Source: an uncultured Coriobacteriia bacterium
Lineage (GTDB): Bacteria > Actinomycetota > Coriobacteriia > Coriobacteriales > QAMH01
Assembly: GCA_959608885.1 (NCBI GenBank)
Contig: CAUHSG010000007.1
Coordinates: 1,616-65,615, forward strand
Reading direction: 5' to 3'
Length of the DNA: 64,000 bases
Shown: positions 19,362-28,839 of the stretch, piece after piece
How the letters are laid out: each line of letters starts with the position of its first letter
How positions within the stretch are numbered: position 1 is the stretch's first letter
Program-made: the position numbers and the translations under genes
The notes under the pieces: generated by a model
Databases searched by the model: none
Told to the model about the DNA's origin: nothing
Seen by the model: only the letters and a program-made list of their open reading frames with translations

Positions 19362-19754
19362 CTACTCCCCCACCACCTGCACGTAGACCTTGCGGTGGCG
19401 CGGGCCGTCGAACTCGCAGAAGTAGATGCCCTGCCAGGTGCCAAGCGCCATGGCGCCGCCCGCCACGGGAATGGTCTCCGACGCACCGATGGCGCTGCTC
19501 TTGAGGTGCGCGGCGCTGTTGCCCTCGGCATGCTTGAAGTCACGCCGGTCGGGAAAGATGTCCGCCAGCGCGAGCTTGAGGTCGCGTACGACATCGGGGT
19601 CCGCATTCTCGTTGATGGTGATCGCGGCCGTGGTATGCGGGCAGTACACCACGCACAAGCCCTCCTCGATGCCGCTTTCCCGCACGATTTGCCTTACTCG
19701 CGCCGTGATGTCGACAAACCCGTAGGCCGGTGTCTCCAGTTCGAATCGTTCCAT
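19362..19754 (-). CDS. yjbQ: YjbQ/UPF0047 family protein (secondary thiamine-phosphate synthase-like)
   Basis: 130 aa with CVVYCPHTTAAITINENADPDV and HLKSS blocks. SD GGGAGG precedes the ATG. Confidence 0.85.
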   Translation of the reverse strand: MERFELETPAYGFVDITARVRQIVRESGIEEGLCVVYCPHTTAAITINENADPDVVRDLKLALADIFPDRRDFKHAEGNSAAHLKSSAIGASETIPVAGGAMALGTWQGIYFCEFDGPRHRKVYVQVVGE

Positions 19755-19768
19755 GTCTGCCTCCCATT

Positions 19769-19805
19769 AAAATGAGACAATACCTTTGAGCAATTGTCTC
19801 ATTTT
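19769..19805. repeat. ATGAGACA-family stem-loop
   Basis: 13-bp stem AAAATGAGACAAT / ATTGTCTCATTTT with an 11-nt loop. It lies 15 nt upstream of the yjbQ start. On the minus strand it is followed by TTTTAAT. Confidence 0.8.
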
Positions 19806-19835
19806 CGACAGCGAGGAGCATGACCATGAGCGAGT

Positions 19836-19864
19836 TGTGTCATGGGGTCAGACCCCATGACACA
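19836..19864. repeat. 29-bp palindrome TGTGTCATGGGGTC-A-GACCCCATGACACA
   Basis: Perfect 14-bp arms immediately after the stop of the AAA ATPase gene. It shares the core GGGGTCNGACCCC with the palindrome at 36521-36581. Confidence 0.8.
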
Positions 19865-19868
19865 TGCT

Positions 19869-21218
19869 CTAGCTTTCGGGTTTGGCGGTACGCAAAAACC
19901 ATTCGATGGCAGACATGACGCGAATGTGCTTCTCGTCGAAATCGATTTCCTCGCCCTCTCCTGACCCGACAATAAGGATCAGCTCGTCAATTCCCGTCTC
20001 GTCGGCAGCTTCCACGAGCGCGCGCAACTCCCGTTCACGGGTTTCCTGCGAATCCAGCGATGCGCAGACCTGATAGAGTGCGGGCGCTTCGCCCAGGACG
20101 CTGTCGCCGACAAGGAAGTCGATTTCGTATTGGTGCCGGCTCGTGCGATAGCTCGATATCGCATTTTCGCGCAATCCGACCGTCCTGCGACGCAGCTCGA
20201 GGTACACGGCGTCCTCAAGACGCTGGCCTTCGTTGTTGCTGCCAGCCTTGGCATTTGCCAGAGCGAGTCCGGGATCTATCGCATAGACCTTCCTGTTTTG
20301 CGACACCTTCGGTTTTTCGATGCGCCTCTCCTCTACGAGAAAGGCCAGATATGCAGCGGAAAGGTAATTCACGATATTAGCGATGGAGGCGCGAGCTGTG
20401 TTCAAGCCCTGGGACCGGAGGTAGCTCTCCATCTTGCGAAGCGAAAGTTGACAGCCGTTCAATTCGAGCAGCCTCTGACTTATCGCACTTGCTGCTTCCA
20501 GCCCCTTCAAACCATGCCTCTCCACAACGTCCTTTGCGGCTACGCGACTCGCATAGCTTTGGAGCAGCGTCACCCGCAACGGCATCGACAGGTTGATGGC
20601 GTCCGGAAAGCCGCCACATTCCAAATACGTCTGCAAGGCATTTTGCAGCCTGGAGCGGCCGTTTGTCGTCTTGATCAACCCCACGTCCAAACCAACGAAC
20701 CTCAAGTACTCCGCAAATGAAAACGGCAGCAACTCGAATTCGAGAGCGCGACCCCTGAATTCCGTGCCTATCTCATCAGAAAGGAGTTTCGACGACGACC
20801 CCGTCAAATAGAAGGTCGCCTTTTGGGTATCGACCATACGGCGCATCCACGCGCTCCAACCATCCATTTCCTGGATTTCGTCGAAGAAGTAGTAGACGCC
20901 TTTCTCCGCGGATTCCGGATGCTCGTCCCGGAAGGCTTGGATTACCGCATCTCCAGTACTCGTCGTCACGCGTCCCAGCCGATCATCCTCGAAGTTGAAG
21001 TAGCAGATTCGACTCCATGGGACGTCCTCGTCATGCAGCTTGATCATCTCCTGCAAAAGACGAAAGCTCTTGCCACTTCTGCGCATACCGATAATGACCT
21101 TTACAAGATTGCCGGCCCGCGGAGGAGGTGTCTCGCCCAGGTCGAGATCTCTGGGGACGACAGGCAGATAGTCATCGATATTGAAATCCCTGAGAATTTG
21201 GACGATGGTGGAATCCAT
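19869..21218 (-). CDS. AAA family ATPase with DUF4143-type C-terminal region
   Basis: 449 aa with Walker A GMRRSGKS. The layout is typical of AAA_14 + DUF4143 proteins. G+C is lower and the upstream region is A+T-rich. Confidence 0.75.
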   Translation of the reverse strand: MDSTIVQILRDFNIDDYLPVVPRDLDLGETPPPRAGNLVKVIIGMRRSGKSFRLLQEMIKLHDEDVPWSRICYFNFEDDRLGRVTTSTGDAVIQAFRDEHPESAEKGVYYFFDEIQEMDGWSAWMRRMVDTQKATFYLTGSSSKLLSDEIGTEFRGRALEFELLPFSFAEYLRFVGLDVGLIKTTNGRSRLQNALQTYLECGGFPDAINLSMPLRVTLLQSYASRVAAKDVVERHGLKGLEAASAISQRLLELNGCQLSLRKMESYLRSQGLNTARASIANIVNYLSAAYLAFLVEERRIEKPKVSQNRKVYAIDPGLALANAKAGSNNEGQRLEDAVYLELRRRTVGLRENAISSYRTSRHQYEIDFLVGDSVLGEAPALYQVCASLDSQETRERELRALVEAADETGIDELILIVGSGEGEEIDFDEKHIRVMSAIEWFLRTAKPES

Positions 21219-21390
21219 GACCTTGAGCCCTTCGGATTGTAATCTGATATTTGGGAAAGCACTTTTATCAATAATGGCAATCTCATGTTACCATAAATAG
21301 CATTATCTGGTAACTTAAAGTTACCACTTTTCCATTTGCGAGGAGGTCAGAGTCCTTGGCACATTCGACACACGCTATATCGCGCAACGC

Positions 21391-21425
21391 GAATGAGACA
21401 ATTGCTCAGAGACGTTGTCTCATTC
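21391..21425. repeat. ATGAGACA-family stem-loop
   Basis: 11-bp stem GAATGAGACAA / TTGTCTCATTC. Arm plus loop (AATGAGACAATTGCTCAGAG) matches the reverse complement of 19785-19805 at 19/20 positions. Confidence 0.8.
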
Positions 21426-21490
21426 AGAATCCGTGGGAAAATGGAGTGAGATTTCTGAAGCAACATCGGCACCGCGGCAACCGGAGGAGC

Positions 21491-22309
21491 ATGACCATGA
21501 AGACGACGATACTCGTGGACAACGACGCGCAAGAGGGACTTGGCTGCGAATGGGGTTTCTCCGCACTCATCGAGACCGATGACGCGACCATTCTGCTCGA
21601 CTCGGGTGCGTCGGGGCTTTTCGCACGAAACGCGCAGACCCTCGGCGTCGACCTGGCAGATGTCGACTATTGCGTGCTCTCGCACGCCCATTATGACCAC
21701 GCCGACGGCTTCGGGAACTTCTTCGCGCTCAACGACCACGCGCCGCTGCTCCTCCGAAGCGCCTGCGAGGAGACGTGCTGGAGCGATGCCAAAGGCGACA
21801 TGGCGTACGTCGGCATCCAGAGGGGGCTTCTCGAGCAGCAGGCGTCGCGCATCGAGCGCGTCGACGGCGCCCTGCAATTCGCGCCCAGCGCATGGCTCCT
21901 TGGCCACGACACCGAAGGCCTCAAGGCAATCGGCGAGCGCGAGCACCTCTACCTGAAGACCGATGACGGGCTCGTCGGCGACGGATTTGACCACGAGCAA
22001 AGTCTCATCATCGAGACTTCCGAAGGGCTCGCCATCTTCAACAGCTGCTCTCACGGAGGCATCGAGACCATCATCAACGAGGCGCGTGCCGCATTCCCCG
22101 GCAAGCCCATCCGCGCGCTCGTCGGCGGACTGCACCTGTTCCTGCGCGAAGATGACGAAGTACGCGCCCTTGCGCAGACCATCCGCGAGCTTGGCATCGA
22201 CAAGATCTACACCGGCCATTGCACGGGAGAGCATGCGCTCGAAATCCTGCAAGAGGAGCTACCCGACATCGTCGAGGCAACCTACGCGGGCCAAGTCTTC
22301 GAGCTGTAG
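21491..22309 (+). CDS. MBL-fold metallo-hydrolase
   Basis: Start ATG 21491 (MTMKTTILVDND...) follows GGAGGAG. HxHxDH motif is SHAHYDHADG. The longer ORF from 21356 starts with TTG inside the repeat region. Confidence 0.85.
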   Translation: MTMKTTILVDNDAQEGLGCEWGFSALIETDDATILLDSGASGLFARNAQTLGVDLADVDYCVLSHAHYDHADGFGNFFALNDHAPLLLRSACEETCWSDAKGDMAYVGIQRGLLEQQASRIERVDGALQFAPSAWLLGHDTEGLKAIGEREHLYLKTDDGLVGDGFDHEQSLIIETSEGLAIFNSCSHGGIETIINEARAAFPGKPIRALVGGLHLFLREDDEVRALAQTIRELGIDKIYTGHCTGEHALEILQEELPDIVEATYAGQVFEL

Positions 22310-22313
22310 CCCC

Positions 22314-22412
22314 TCACTTCGAGGGCCCGCAGAACAGGATCGCGAGCATCATGATGATGACGAACCACGCCATCGCACTGGAACCCGCGAGTACTGCCGA
22401 CAAGACGCCCAT
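22314..22412 (-). CDS. putative 32-aa hydrophobic peptide
   Basis: ATG 22412 lies 7 nt after GAGGGAG. Translation: MGVLSAVLAGSSAMAWFVIIMMLAILFCGPSK, ending in TGA. It has one predicted TM helix and lies 73 nt downstream of the APC permease. It is too short for the ORF track. Confidence 0.35.
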   Translation of the reverse strand: MGVLSAVLAGSSAMAWFVIIMMLAILFCGPSK

Positions 22413-22485
22413 GATGTTTCTCCCTCGTTTGAACTGAACGACAAGCCGAGAGTATCAAGCGCCTGTGACGCGGTTTTCCTCTCGC

Positions 22486-23907
22486 TCACTCCATGGTGAT
22501 CTCGCGGTGCAGGGCGCGCGTCATGACCAGGTAGCACACGATGCCGATGGCTATCCACACGACGCCGATGATCTTGGCGGGCACGTCAAGCGAAAGCAGC
22601 AACGCGAAGACCACGATCATGCCCAAGATGGGACAGACCAGAAAACGCACGGGGTTGCCGTGATCCTTCTTCTTGAACCAGAACCACACGACCACGCAGA
22701 GATTGAGCAGAAAGTACGTGGAAAGGGCACCGAAGTTCACGACCTTGCCCAGTCCTTCCATGCCAATAAACAGGAAGGGCGCGAGCAAGACGAGCGAGAG
22801 GGCCGACACGAAGCAGGTGGCGACGATGGGCACCTGACGCTTCTCGTCGATCTTGGCCAGGACGCCGGGAAGCGAGCCGCTCTTACCCATGACGTAAAGG
22901 ATGCGCGATACCGACACCGTCGCGACAAGACCGGTGAAGACGCCTTGAGCCAAAGCCACGGAGACAGCGCAGACGACGCCAAACCACTTACCGCCCACAA
23001 GCTCGGCAATATGGTAGAAGCCGTTGTTCTCGTCGTTCTTGCAAATCTGGCCCGACGGGTCAACGCAGGTGGCGATGAAGCACGTCAGGACGAAGATGGC
23101 CACGAGGATGATGACCATGATCATCATCGCGCGCGACGGCCCGTGTCGCTCGTCCTTCGCCTCGTCGGTGAGCGTGGCAACGCATCCGAAGCCCACGAAC
23201 GAGAACACCGCCAGCGAGGCGGCACCCATGACACCGGATACCGAGAAGGTGTTGGGATTGAACAGGGCTGTCAGCGAGAAGCCGCTCGTCTCGGGATGTC
23301 CGATGATATAGATCACGCCGAACACGATGAACATGCCGAGCACGATGAACTCGAGGATGAGCGCGATGCGGTTGACGAACATCGTCGTGCTCATGCCGCG
23401 TGACGCGACGACGAAGACGAAGACGAGGAAGATGAGGCACCAGCCCCATACCGGAACCTGCGGCACGTAGGTGCTCAGTGCCTCGGCGCCCATGATGAAG
23501 ACCATGTCGGGCGACGTGAGATACTGCAGCAACATGAGCCAGCCGGCCACGAATCCGAGACCCTTGCCGATGCTCTTGGACGTGTAGGTGTAGATGGAAC
23601 CCGATGACGGGAAGGTTCCGATCATCATGCCGAAGGACAATACGGAAAAGAACATGCCGATAAAGGCGACGAAATACGCGAGCGCCGGCATGCCGCCCGA
23701 TGCGTTCGAGACGCCGCCGAAGAGGCTGAACGTGGCAATGGGCACCATGAAGATGAGACCGTAGACCACCATGTCGAATACGCCGACCGTCCTCTTGAAG
23801 CCGGCATCTCCCTGTGTCGAAGACGCGTCCGCGACCTGTGTCGCAGTTGGCGAGTCGCTCTGCACCGAAGCATCCGTCTTCGGAGCTGCATCTTTGGTAT
23901 CAGTCAT
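22486..23907 (-). CDS. APC family amino acid permease
   Basis: 473 aa with a polar N-terminal tail followed by about 12 hydrophobic segments. Blocks typical of amino acid/polyamine permeases are present (FDMVVYGLIFMVPIATFSLFGG). Confidence 0.8.
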   Translation of the reverse strand: MTDTKDAAPKTDASVQSDSPTATQVADASSTQGDAGFKRTVGVFDMVVYGLIFMVPIATFSLFGGVSNASGGMPALAYFVAFIGMFFSVLSFGMMIGTFPSSGSIYTYTSKSIGKGLGFVAGWLMLLQYLTSPDMVFIMGAEALSTYVPQVPVWGWCLIFLVFVFVVASRGMSTTMFVNRIALILEFIVLGMFIVFGVIYIIGHPETSGFSLTALFNPNTFSVSGVMGAASLAVFSFVGFGCVATLTDEAKDERHGPSRAMMIMVIILVAIFVLTCFIATCVDPSGQICKNDENNGFYHIAELVGGKWFGVVCAVSVALAQGVFTGLVATVSVSRILYVMGKSGSLPGVLAKIDEKRQVPIVATCFVSALSLVLLAPFLFIGMEGLGKVVNFGALSTYFLLNLCVVVWFWFKKKDHGNPVRFLVCPILGMIVVFALLLSLDVPAKIIGVVWIAIGIVCYLVMTRALHREITME

Positions 23908-23919
23908 GATAACCCCCTC

Positions 23920-25395
23920 CTATCCTCTCCCGGTTTTCTCACTCGTCGCGCTATCCGCGGCAGCCATCTTCCCCTTCTGACGGCGCACAAGACGCGTATA
24001 GACGACGGTGAGAATGACCGCCACTATCAATATGCCGATGGCAATGAGCAGGGTATGCGAAAAACCAAACGCGTAGGCATCGGCCTTGCTCGTTCCCCCC
24101 GCCATCAAATGGATGACATCGCCGGACATGATACCGACGAAGAGAGCCGACGAGACGGAACTGCCAATTTGCACGATCGTCGAGTGAATGGATGATCCGT
24201 ACGAGGAGATAGCGCGGGGAAGCGCGTCGAGATCGACGGTCTTTACCGCCGGGAAGAAAATACCGATGCCCGCATAGGCTATGGCAGCGCAGACAAGCAA
24301 GACGATGACGAGTAGGTGTGCGGAGGAGAAATACATGCCGATGTAGCCAATGAGCACGATTGCAAATCCTGCTGGCACGAGCGGCCACACGTCATGCTTC
24401 GCGAGCAGATGACCACTGGGAAAACAGCAACACGCATAGCACAGGATAGGCACGATGCACATGCAGCCGGCTATGAATGGCGAGTACGACGCCGCACCCT
24501 CAAGATACAGGGGAACGAGCAAGCTCATGTATACCGAGGCCATGAACGCAAGCGTGACGAGCGTCTCGCCAACGGTGAACACCGGATTGCGCAGCGGCGT
24601 CAGATTGAGCAGGGGCTCGTCAGTGTGCAGCTGACGATACACGAAGATGGCGAGTATCGCGATGCCGGCGAGCATGATGGCGAGTGATGGAAAGACCTCA
24701 TGCGAAATCTCGTTAAGGCCGTAGAGAAAACAGGTCAGGCCGGCAAAGCTCAGCGCAACGCTCGGGATGTCGATATGGGCCTTCCTGCGCATATACAGAT
24801 TGTGGATAGCCGGCCTGCCCGCAATGATGAGGACAAGGGCGATTACCGCGGGGATGAGGAAGAGCGGGCGAAGGCCAATGCAGGTGGTGATGAGACCGGA
24901 AACGGGCGGGGCAAACGCCAGCGCAACGCCAATGACGCCGCTGTTCACGGCGAGCAAGGTCGCCGCCTTGCCCTTTGGCGCGATGGTGAGCAACGCCTCA
25001 TTGATGAGCGGGAAGCACAGTCCCGTGCAAACGGCCTGGAGAGCGCGAGCAACGATCATAACCGGATAGTTCCAGGCAAGGAAGCCGAGCAGCGATCCTG
25101 CGAACGAAAAGACGAATCCGATGGTCATGAGCTTGTGAAGGCCTATGCGCTCGAGCAGCTTCGCCGCCATGGTGATGGTCGTCGCGGTGACAATCGTGAA
25201 GACCAGCACCATCCAATTGGCTTGGGAGAGCGTGATGTGAAAGTCGGTTGCGACGTAATCGAGCGCGACGTTCATGAGCGACTGCGTGAACGATGCGAGA
25301 AGATTGCTCACGAGCAGGACGACAATCATCGCCGTCCGCGCCGCACCCACTGGCGGGCTTGGTATGCTCGCATCAGCCGCCATCTTGTTCCCCAT
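23920..25395 (-). CDS. MFS transporter (DHA2/EmrB-like, ~14 TM)
   Basis: 491 aa, hydrophobic throughout, with MFS-like blocks (LMNVALDYVATDF, GVALAFAPPVSGLI). An alternative start lies at the fifth codon. Confidence 0.82.
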   Translation of the reverse strand: MGNKMAADASIPSPPVGAARTAMIVVLLVSNLLASFTQSLMNVALDYVATDFHITLSQANWMVLVFTIVTATTITMAAKLLERIGLHKLMTIGFVFSFAGSLLGFLAWNYPVMIVARALQAVCTGLCFPLINEALLTIAPKGKAATLLAVNSGVIGVALAFAPPVSGLITTCIGLRPLFLIPAVIALVLIIAGRPAIHNLYMRRKAHIDIPSVALSFAGLTCFLYGLNEISHEVFPSLAIMLAGIAILAIFVYRQLHTDEPLLNLTPLRNPVFTVGETLVTLAFMASVYMSLLVPLYLEGAASYSPFIAGCMCIVPILCYACCCFPSGHLLAKHDVWPLVPAGFAIVLIGYIGMYFSSAHLLVIVLLVCAAIAYAGIGIFFPAVKTVDLDALPRAISSYGSSIHSTIVQIGSSVSSALFVGIMSGDVIHLMAGGTSKADAYAFGFSHTLLIAIGILIVAVILTVVYTRLVRRQKGKMAAADSATSEKTGRG

Positions 25396-25620
25396 TCGGT
25401 AATGTGCATCACATATTTGTCAAGAGCATTGTACTACCGAATAGGTAAAGTGCGCTATTTATTATTTGAGTGGCAGTATCGTGGGTGAATGTCATATTCG
25501 ACTGTTCGAACGAGACGACGATGGAATACCTAGGTCACAAGCCGTGATGATGGCGTTCCCGAACCATCAGGATGCATCGTCGGCGTGTTTTGTGCGTGTT
25601 TCGTGCGTAAATTATCTCGC

Positions 25621-25657
25621 AATAAAATAAAAAGGCCAGCGAGAAAACCCGCTGACC
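25621..25657 (-). terminator. intrinsic terminator downstream of tRNA-Pro
   Basis: The minus strand reads GGTCAGCG-GGTTTTCT-CGCTGGCC followed by TTTTTATTTTATT. Confidence 0.75.
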
Positions 25658-25668
25658 TTTGCATTTGC

Positions 25669-25745
<77 letters not shown>

Positions 25746-25878
25746 ATTGGATACGTGCCTCGCACGCGAGTTGCTATGTTACCACAACGAAAACGGGTGG
25801 AAACACCTTACTTTTCAAATAGAAGACAACTTGTCTGTCATTGGAACACCTTGTCCTTCTTCCAACGTATTCCAAAGC

Positions 25879-27162
25879 TTACGAATCGCCTATCGCGAGT
25901 CCGTACGTGCGGCTTGTCTTCAGGTCAGTGACGATTTCGTTAGCGCGCACGATGAAGCGCGATGCGGTCTGCACCGCCTGCGGTCCGCAAATCTCGACAA
26001 GAAGCTGCGCATTGTTCCAGCAATCGCACAGCTCGCCGAGCTTATCCTGCACGGCCTTGGCGCGCATGTTGGTGCTACCGGCGTTGTCAGGCAGACAATC
26101 CGCAAGCTCGCGCGTCACGTAGCGCAGTGCCTTGGCCTGCTTGCGCACGTCATGCACGGACTCCTGATCGTCATAGTCGACGCGTGCCATCTCCGCCTCA
26201 TATGCCGCACGCATCTCGTTCACACGCTCGACAAGCTCGTCTGGCTCAAGACCGCACTGCCAGACAGACTTGCGCCACGGAAGCTCTTTGACGCGCTTGA
26301 CGATGCGCTTGAGCGAGCGCTGCGTTGCCTCGGAGCCAAATTGCTCGATGAACGCCTCGCGTTCTTCCGAGCACTCCGCGCGAACCATGCCGGCCTCGTC
26401 CGTTTGCGGATCGAGCGCGGCAAGCAACATGTCAAGCTCGCGAATACGCGAAGTGGGGTCCTGGAGCTTCTTGATCGCGCGCATCTCCCTCTTGAGGGCT
26501 CCGCGCTTGCAATGTGGCATGAGAAAGCCGAGTAGCGAACGCGTCACACGCAACGAGATGCGGTATTGATGAAGCGACTCGGGATCATCGGGATTCTCGA
26601 GCAGCTGCGCCGTACAACGCTCGATGCGCTTGACCGCGTCGGAAAGCCCGTCCTCCACGTTGACGAGAGTCTGCCAGTTCTCGGCACACGGGCCCTGCGC
26701 GAACCACTCCAGGCGAGCACCGGCCAGCGTCGCGACACCTCCGGTCTCGAACGCGAAGGCCGCCATCGCGCCTGGCTTCATGGACTGCAGCATGCCACCA
26801 AGCCGTCCGCATAGCTCCTCCATGAACGGATTGTGCCCCACGGCGATGACGCACCCCGTCTCTTCGACGAGTTCGGCCTCGAAGCGCTCGACATCCTGGG
26901 CGTAGAGCGACTCCTTGACCTCGATGCCATCGATGCCAAGCACGCGTGCGATGACCTCGGCCGTCTGCAACGCGCGCAGGGCCGGGCTACTCCAGACCTT
27001 CAGGTCTGCGACAGGGACATCCTCCACCAATCGCAGCGTCACGGGAAAGCGCGCCTCGATGCTGCGGCGACCCGCGCGCGTAAGCTGACGATCCCTATCG
27101 GCGAGCTCGAGAGCGTGTGTCTGCGTCTTGGCATGTCGCACGAGCACCAGCTTGGAAACCAT
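25879..27162 (-). CDS. SixA-type histidine phosphatase fused to CHAD domain
   Basis: N-terminus LVLVRHAKT...AVGHNPFMEE matches the phosphohistidine phosphatase SixA type. The C-terminal ~270 aa are helical and His/Arg-rich, like a CHAD domain (LHQYRISLRVTRSLL, VHDVRKQAKALRY). Confidence 0.7.
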   Translation of the reverse strand: MVSKLVLVRHAKTQTHALELADRDRQLTRAGRRSIEARFPVTLRLVEDVPVADLKVWSSPALRALQTAEVIARVLGIDGIEVKESLYAQDVERFEAELVEETGCVIAVGHNPFMEELCGRLGGMLQSMKPGAMAAFAFETGGVATLAGARLEWFAQGPCAENWQTLVNVEDGLSDAVKRIERCTAQLLENPDDPESLHQYRISLRVTRSLLGFLMPHCKRGALKREMRAIKKLQDPTSRIRELDMLLAALDPQTDEAGMVRAECSEEREAFIEQFGSEATQRSLKRIVKRVKELPWRKSVWQCGLEPDELVERVNEMRAAYEAEMARVDYDDQESVHDVRKQAKALRYVTRELADCLPDNAGSTNMRAKAVQDKLGELCDCWNNAQLLVEICGPQAVQTASRFIVRANEIVTDLKTSRTYGLAIGDS

Positions 27163-27189
27163 GTAACCCCTCCCCGCAACTGACGTCGG

Positions 27190-27591
27190 TTACAACGCCT
27201 CGGGATCTTCGCGTTTCAAGATGAAATGGTAGATGATGAGCACAATGCCCTCGACAGCTGCGGCAATAAGCGCGATGGCGATGACCATGTGCGCGTACAG
27301 GTACATGCGCGCGAGCGCCGCACCTGTAATGACGAGGATCGCACCGATGACGACGGCAAGCGGAATATAGCTCTTGCCCTTGCCGGGATCGCAGGACACG
27401 GCGTACCCCGCCAGGGCAAAGACCACGGCCGACAACCCGGAGAACCAGGTGACTGACGCGATGACCGTGCCGATTTCCTGCACCTGCATGAGGAGGCTGA
27501 ACCCGCACGCCGAACCACCGATGCCCGCGACGATCACCGAGATGATGCGTGTGAGAATCTGCCTCTTGGAAAGTCGATACTCGTTACTCAT
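27190..27591 (-). CDS. hypothetical membrane protein (about 4 TM)
   Basis: 133 aa with four hydrophobic stretches. It starts 18 nt after the upstream stop. Confidence 0.6.
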   Translation of the reverse strand: MSNEYRLSKRQILTRIISVIVAGIGGSACGFSLLMQVQEIGTVIASVTWFSGLSAVVFALAGYAVSCDPGKGKSYIPLAVVIGAILVITGAALARMYLYAHMVIAIALIAAAVEGIVLIIYHFILKREDPEAL

Positions 27592-27609
27592 ACGGCATAT
27601 ACTACCAGC

Positions 27610-28839
27610 TTATAGCGTGAACTGCATGCCGTCTTCTGCCACGATGACGCGCCCATCGAACTGCTCGGCGTATCGGTATATCTCGTCGATCTCGTTCACG
27701 TTCGGCTCGCACATGTGCGGGGCGAGATGCGTGAGGTATACGTGGCCTGCATCGAGGATGTCAATGCCCTCGTGCACGGTCTGACGCACGTCATGGTGCG
27801 AACGAGCCGTACCGTGGTTCTCCCAGAAGGTCGAATCCATGACGAGATTGTCCACGCCCCTGAGAATCTCGATGACCTCTGGTTTGAGATCGCTCGTATC
27901 GGGTGCGTAGAAGGTGCGCCGTCCTTGCGGTGTCGTGATGAGATAGCCGAAGGTGCCAGGTGCGTGTCTGAGCGGCAGCGCCTGGATAGTCATTCCATCC
28001 ACCTCGCGTATGTCGTACTCACCCATCACGTCCAGAGCGAAGCAGTCGTCCATGTAGGCGTATTCCTTGAGCGTCTCGGCAATTGCGTAATCGCTCGCGT
28101 GGAAGGGCAGCGTGCCCATGAGATAGAGACGTATGTAGTACTCGAGCTCGCCCAAGCCACCCATGTGGTCGTAATGGGCATGGGTGAGGAAGAAGTCGTT
28201 GATGACGTCGATGCCCTCGCGATTGAGCTGATGGCGTACGTCGGGAGGGGCGTCAACGAGTGTCGTCCCGTGTCCTCGCAGGACGGCACCCGTGCAACCG
28301 CGGCGCTTGGCAGGATCCTTGCGTGCTGCCTCGCAAGCCGGACAATGGCAGAAAAACGCCGGCACGCCGCAACCGGAGCTCGTCCCCAAGAAGGTGAAGG
28401 TACGCTCGATGGGGAGCGAGCGGAACGGCAGCGGCCCGCAGTTGGCCTTGTCGGGACATGCGTCACACTCAGCGCGATACTCGGGAGCGATCGCGTCCCA
28501 ACCGCAGCGCTCGAAGCCGCAAGACAGGTAGAAGGGCTCGATCTCGCCGCGAGCGACCAAGCGCAGATCGGGATGCAGATGCAACGCGTCCTTGAGCAGC
28601 GCTCGTCCCACGCCCTTGCCCTGCACGACGTCGAAGACGACGATGGGGCGCACGTTCCACGAGCCATCGCTACCCTGCTCCAGGCGACAGGCTCCGTACA
28701 TCGTGTTGTCCGGCGTCACGGCGACACGCACGTTCTCGGGACTCTGCAAATCGCTAAAGCCCTCGACCGAAAACAGGTACCGGATGAGGTCCATATCCGC
28801 CTCGACGCAATCGCGGATATGGTATTCGGGTGCGATCAT
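27610..28839 (-). CDS. GNAT N-acetyltransferase fused to PhnP/PqqB-like MBL-fold hydrolase
   Basis: Start ATG 28839 overlaps the flavin reductase stop (ATGA). GNAT motif A is VVQGKGVGRALL. The MBL part has LGTSSGCGVPAFFCHCPAC and THAHYDHMGG. The Arg-rich N-terminal part of ORF 27610-29268 is rejected. Confidence 0.78.
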   Translation of the reverse strand: MIAPEYHIRDCVEADMDLIRYLFSVEGFSDLQSPENVRVAVTPDNTMYGACRLEQGSDGSWNVRPIVVFDVVQGKGVGRALLKDALHLHPDLRLVARGEIEPFYLSCGFERCGWDAIAPEYRAECDACPDKANCGPLPFRSLPIERTFTFLGTSSGCGVPAFFCHCPACEAARKDPAKRRGCTGAVLRGHGTTLVDAPPDVRHQLNREGIDVINDFFLTHAHYDHMGGLGELEYYIRLYLMGTLPFHASDYAIAETLKEYAYMDDCFALDVMGEYDIREVDGMTIQALPLRHAPGTFGYLITTPQGRRTFYAPDTSDLKPEVIEILRGVDNLVMDSTFWENHGTARSHHDVRQTVHEGIDILDAGHVYLTHLAPHMCEPNVNEIDEIYRYAEQFDGRVIVAEDGMQFTL

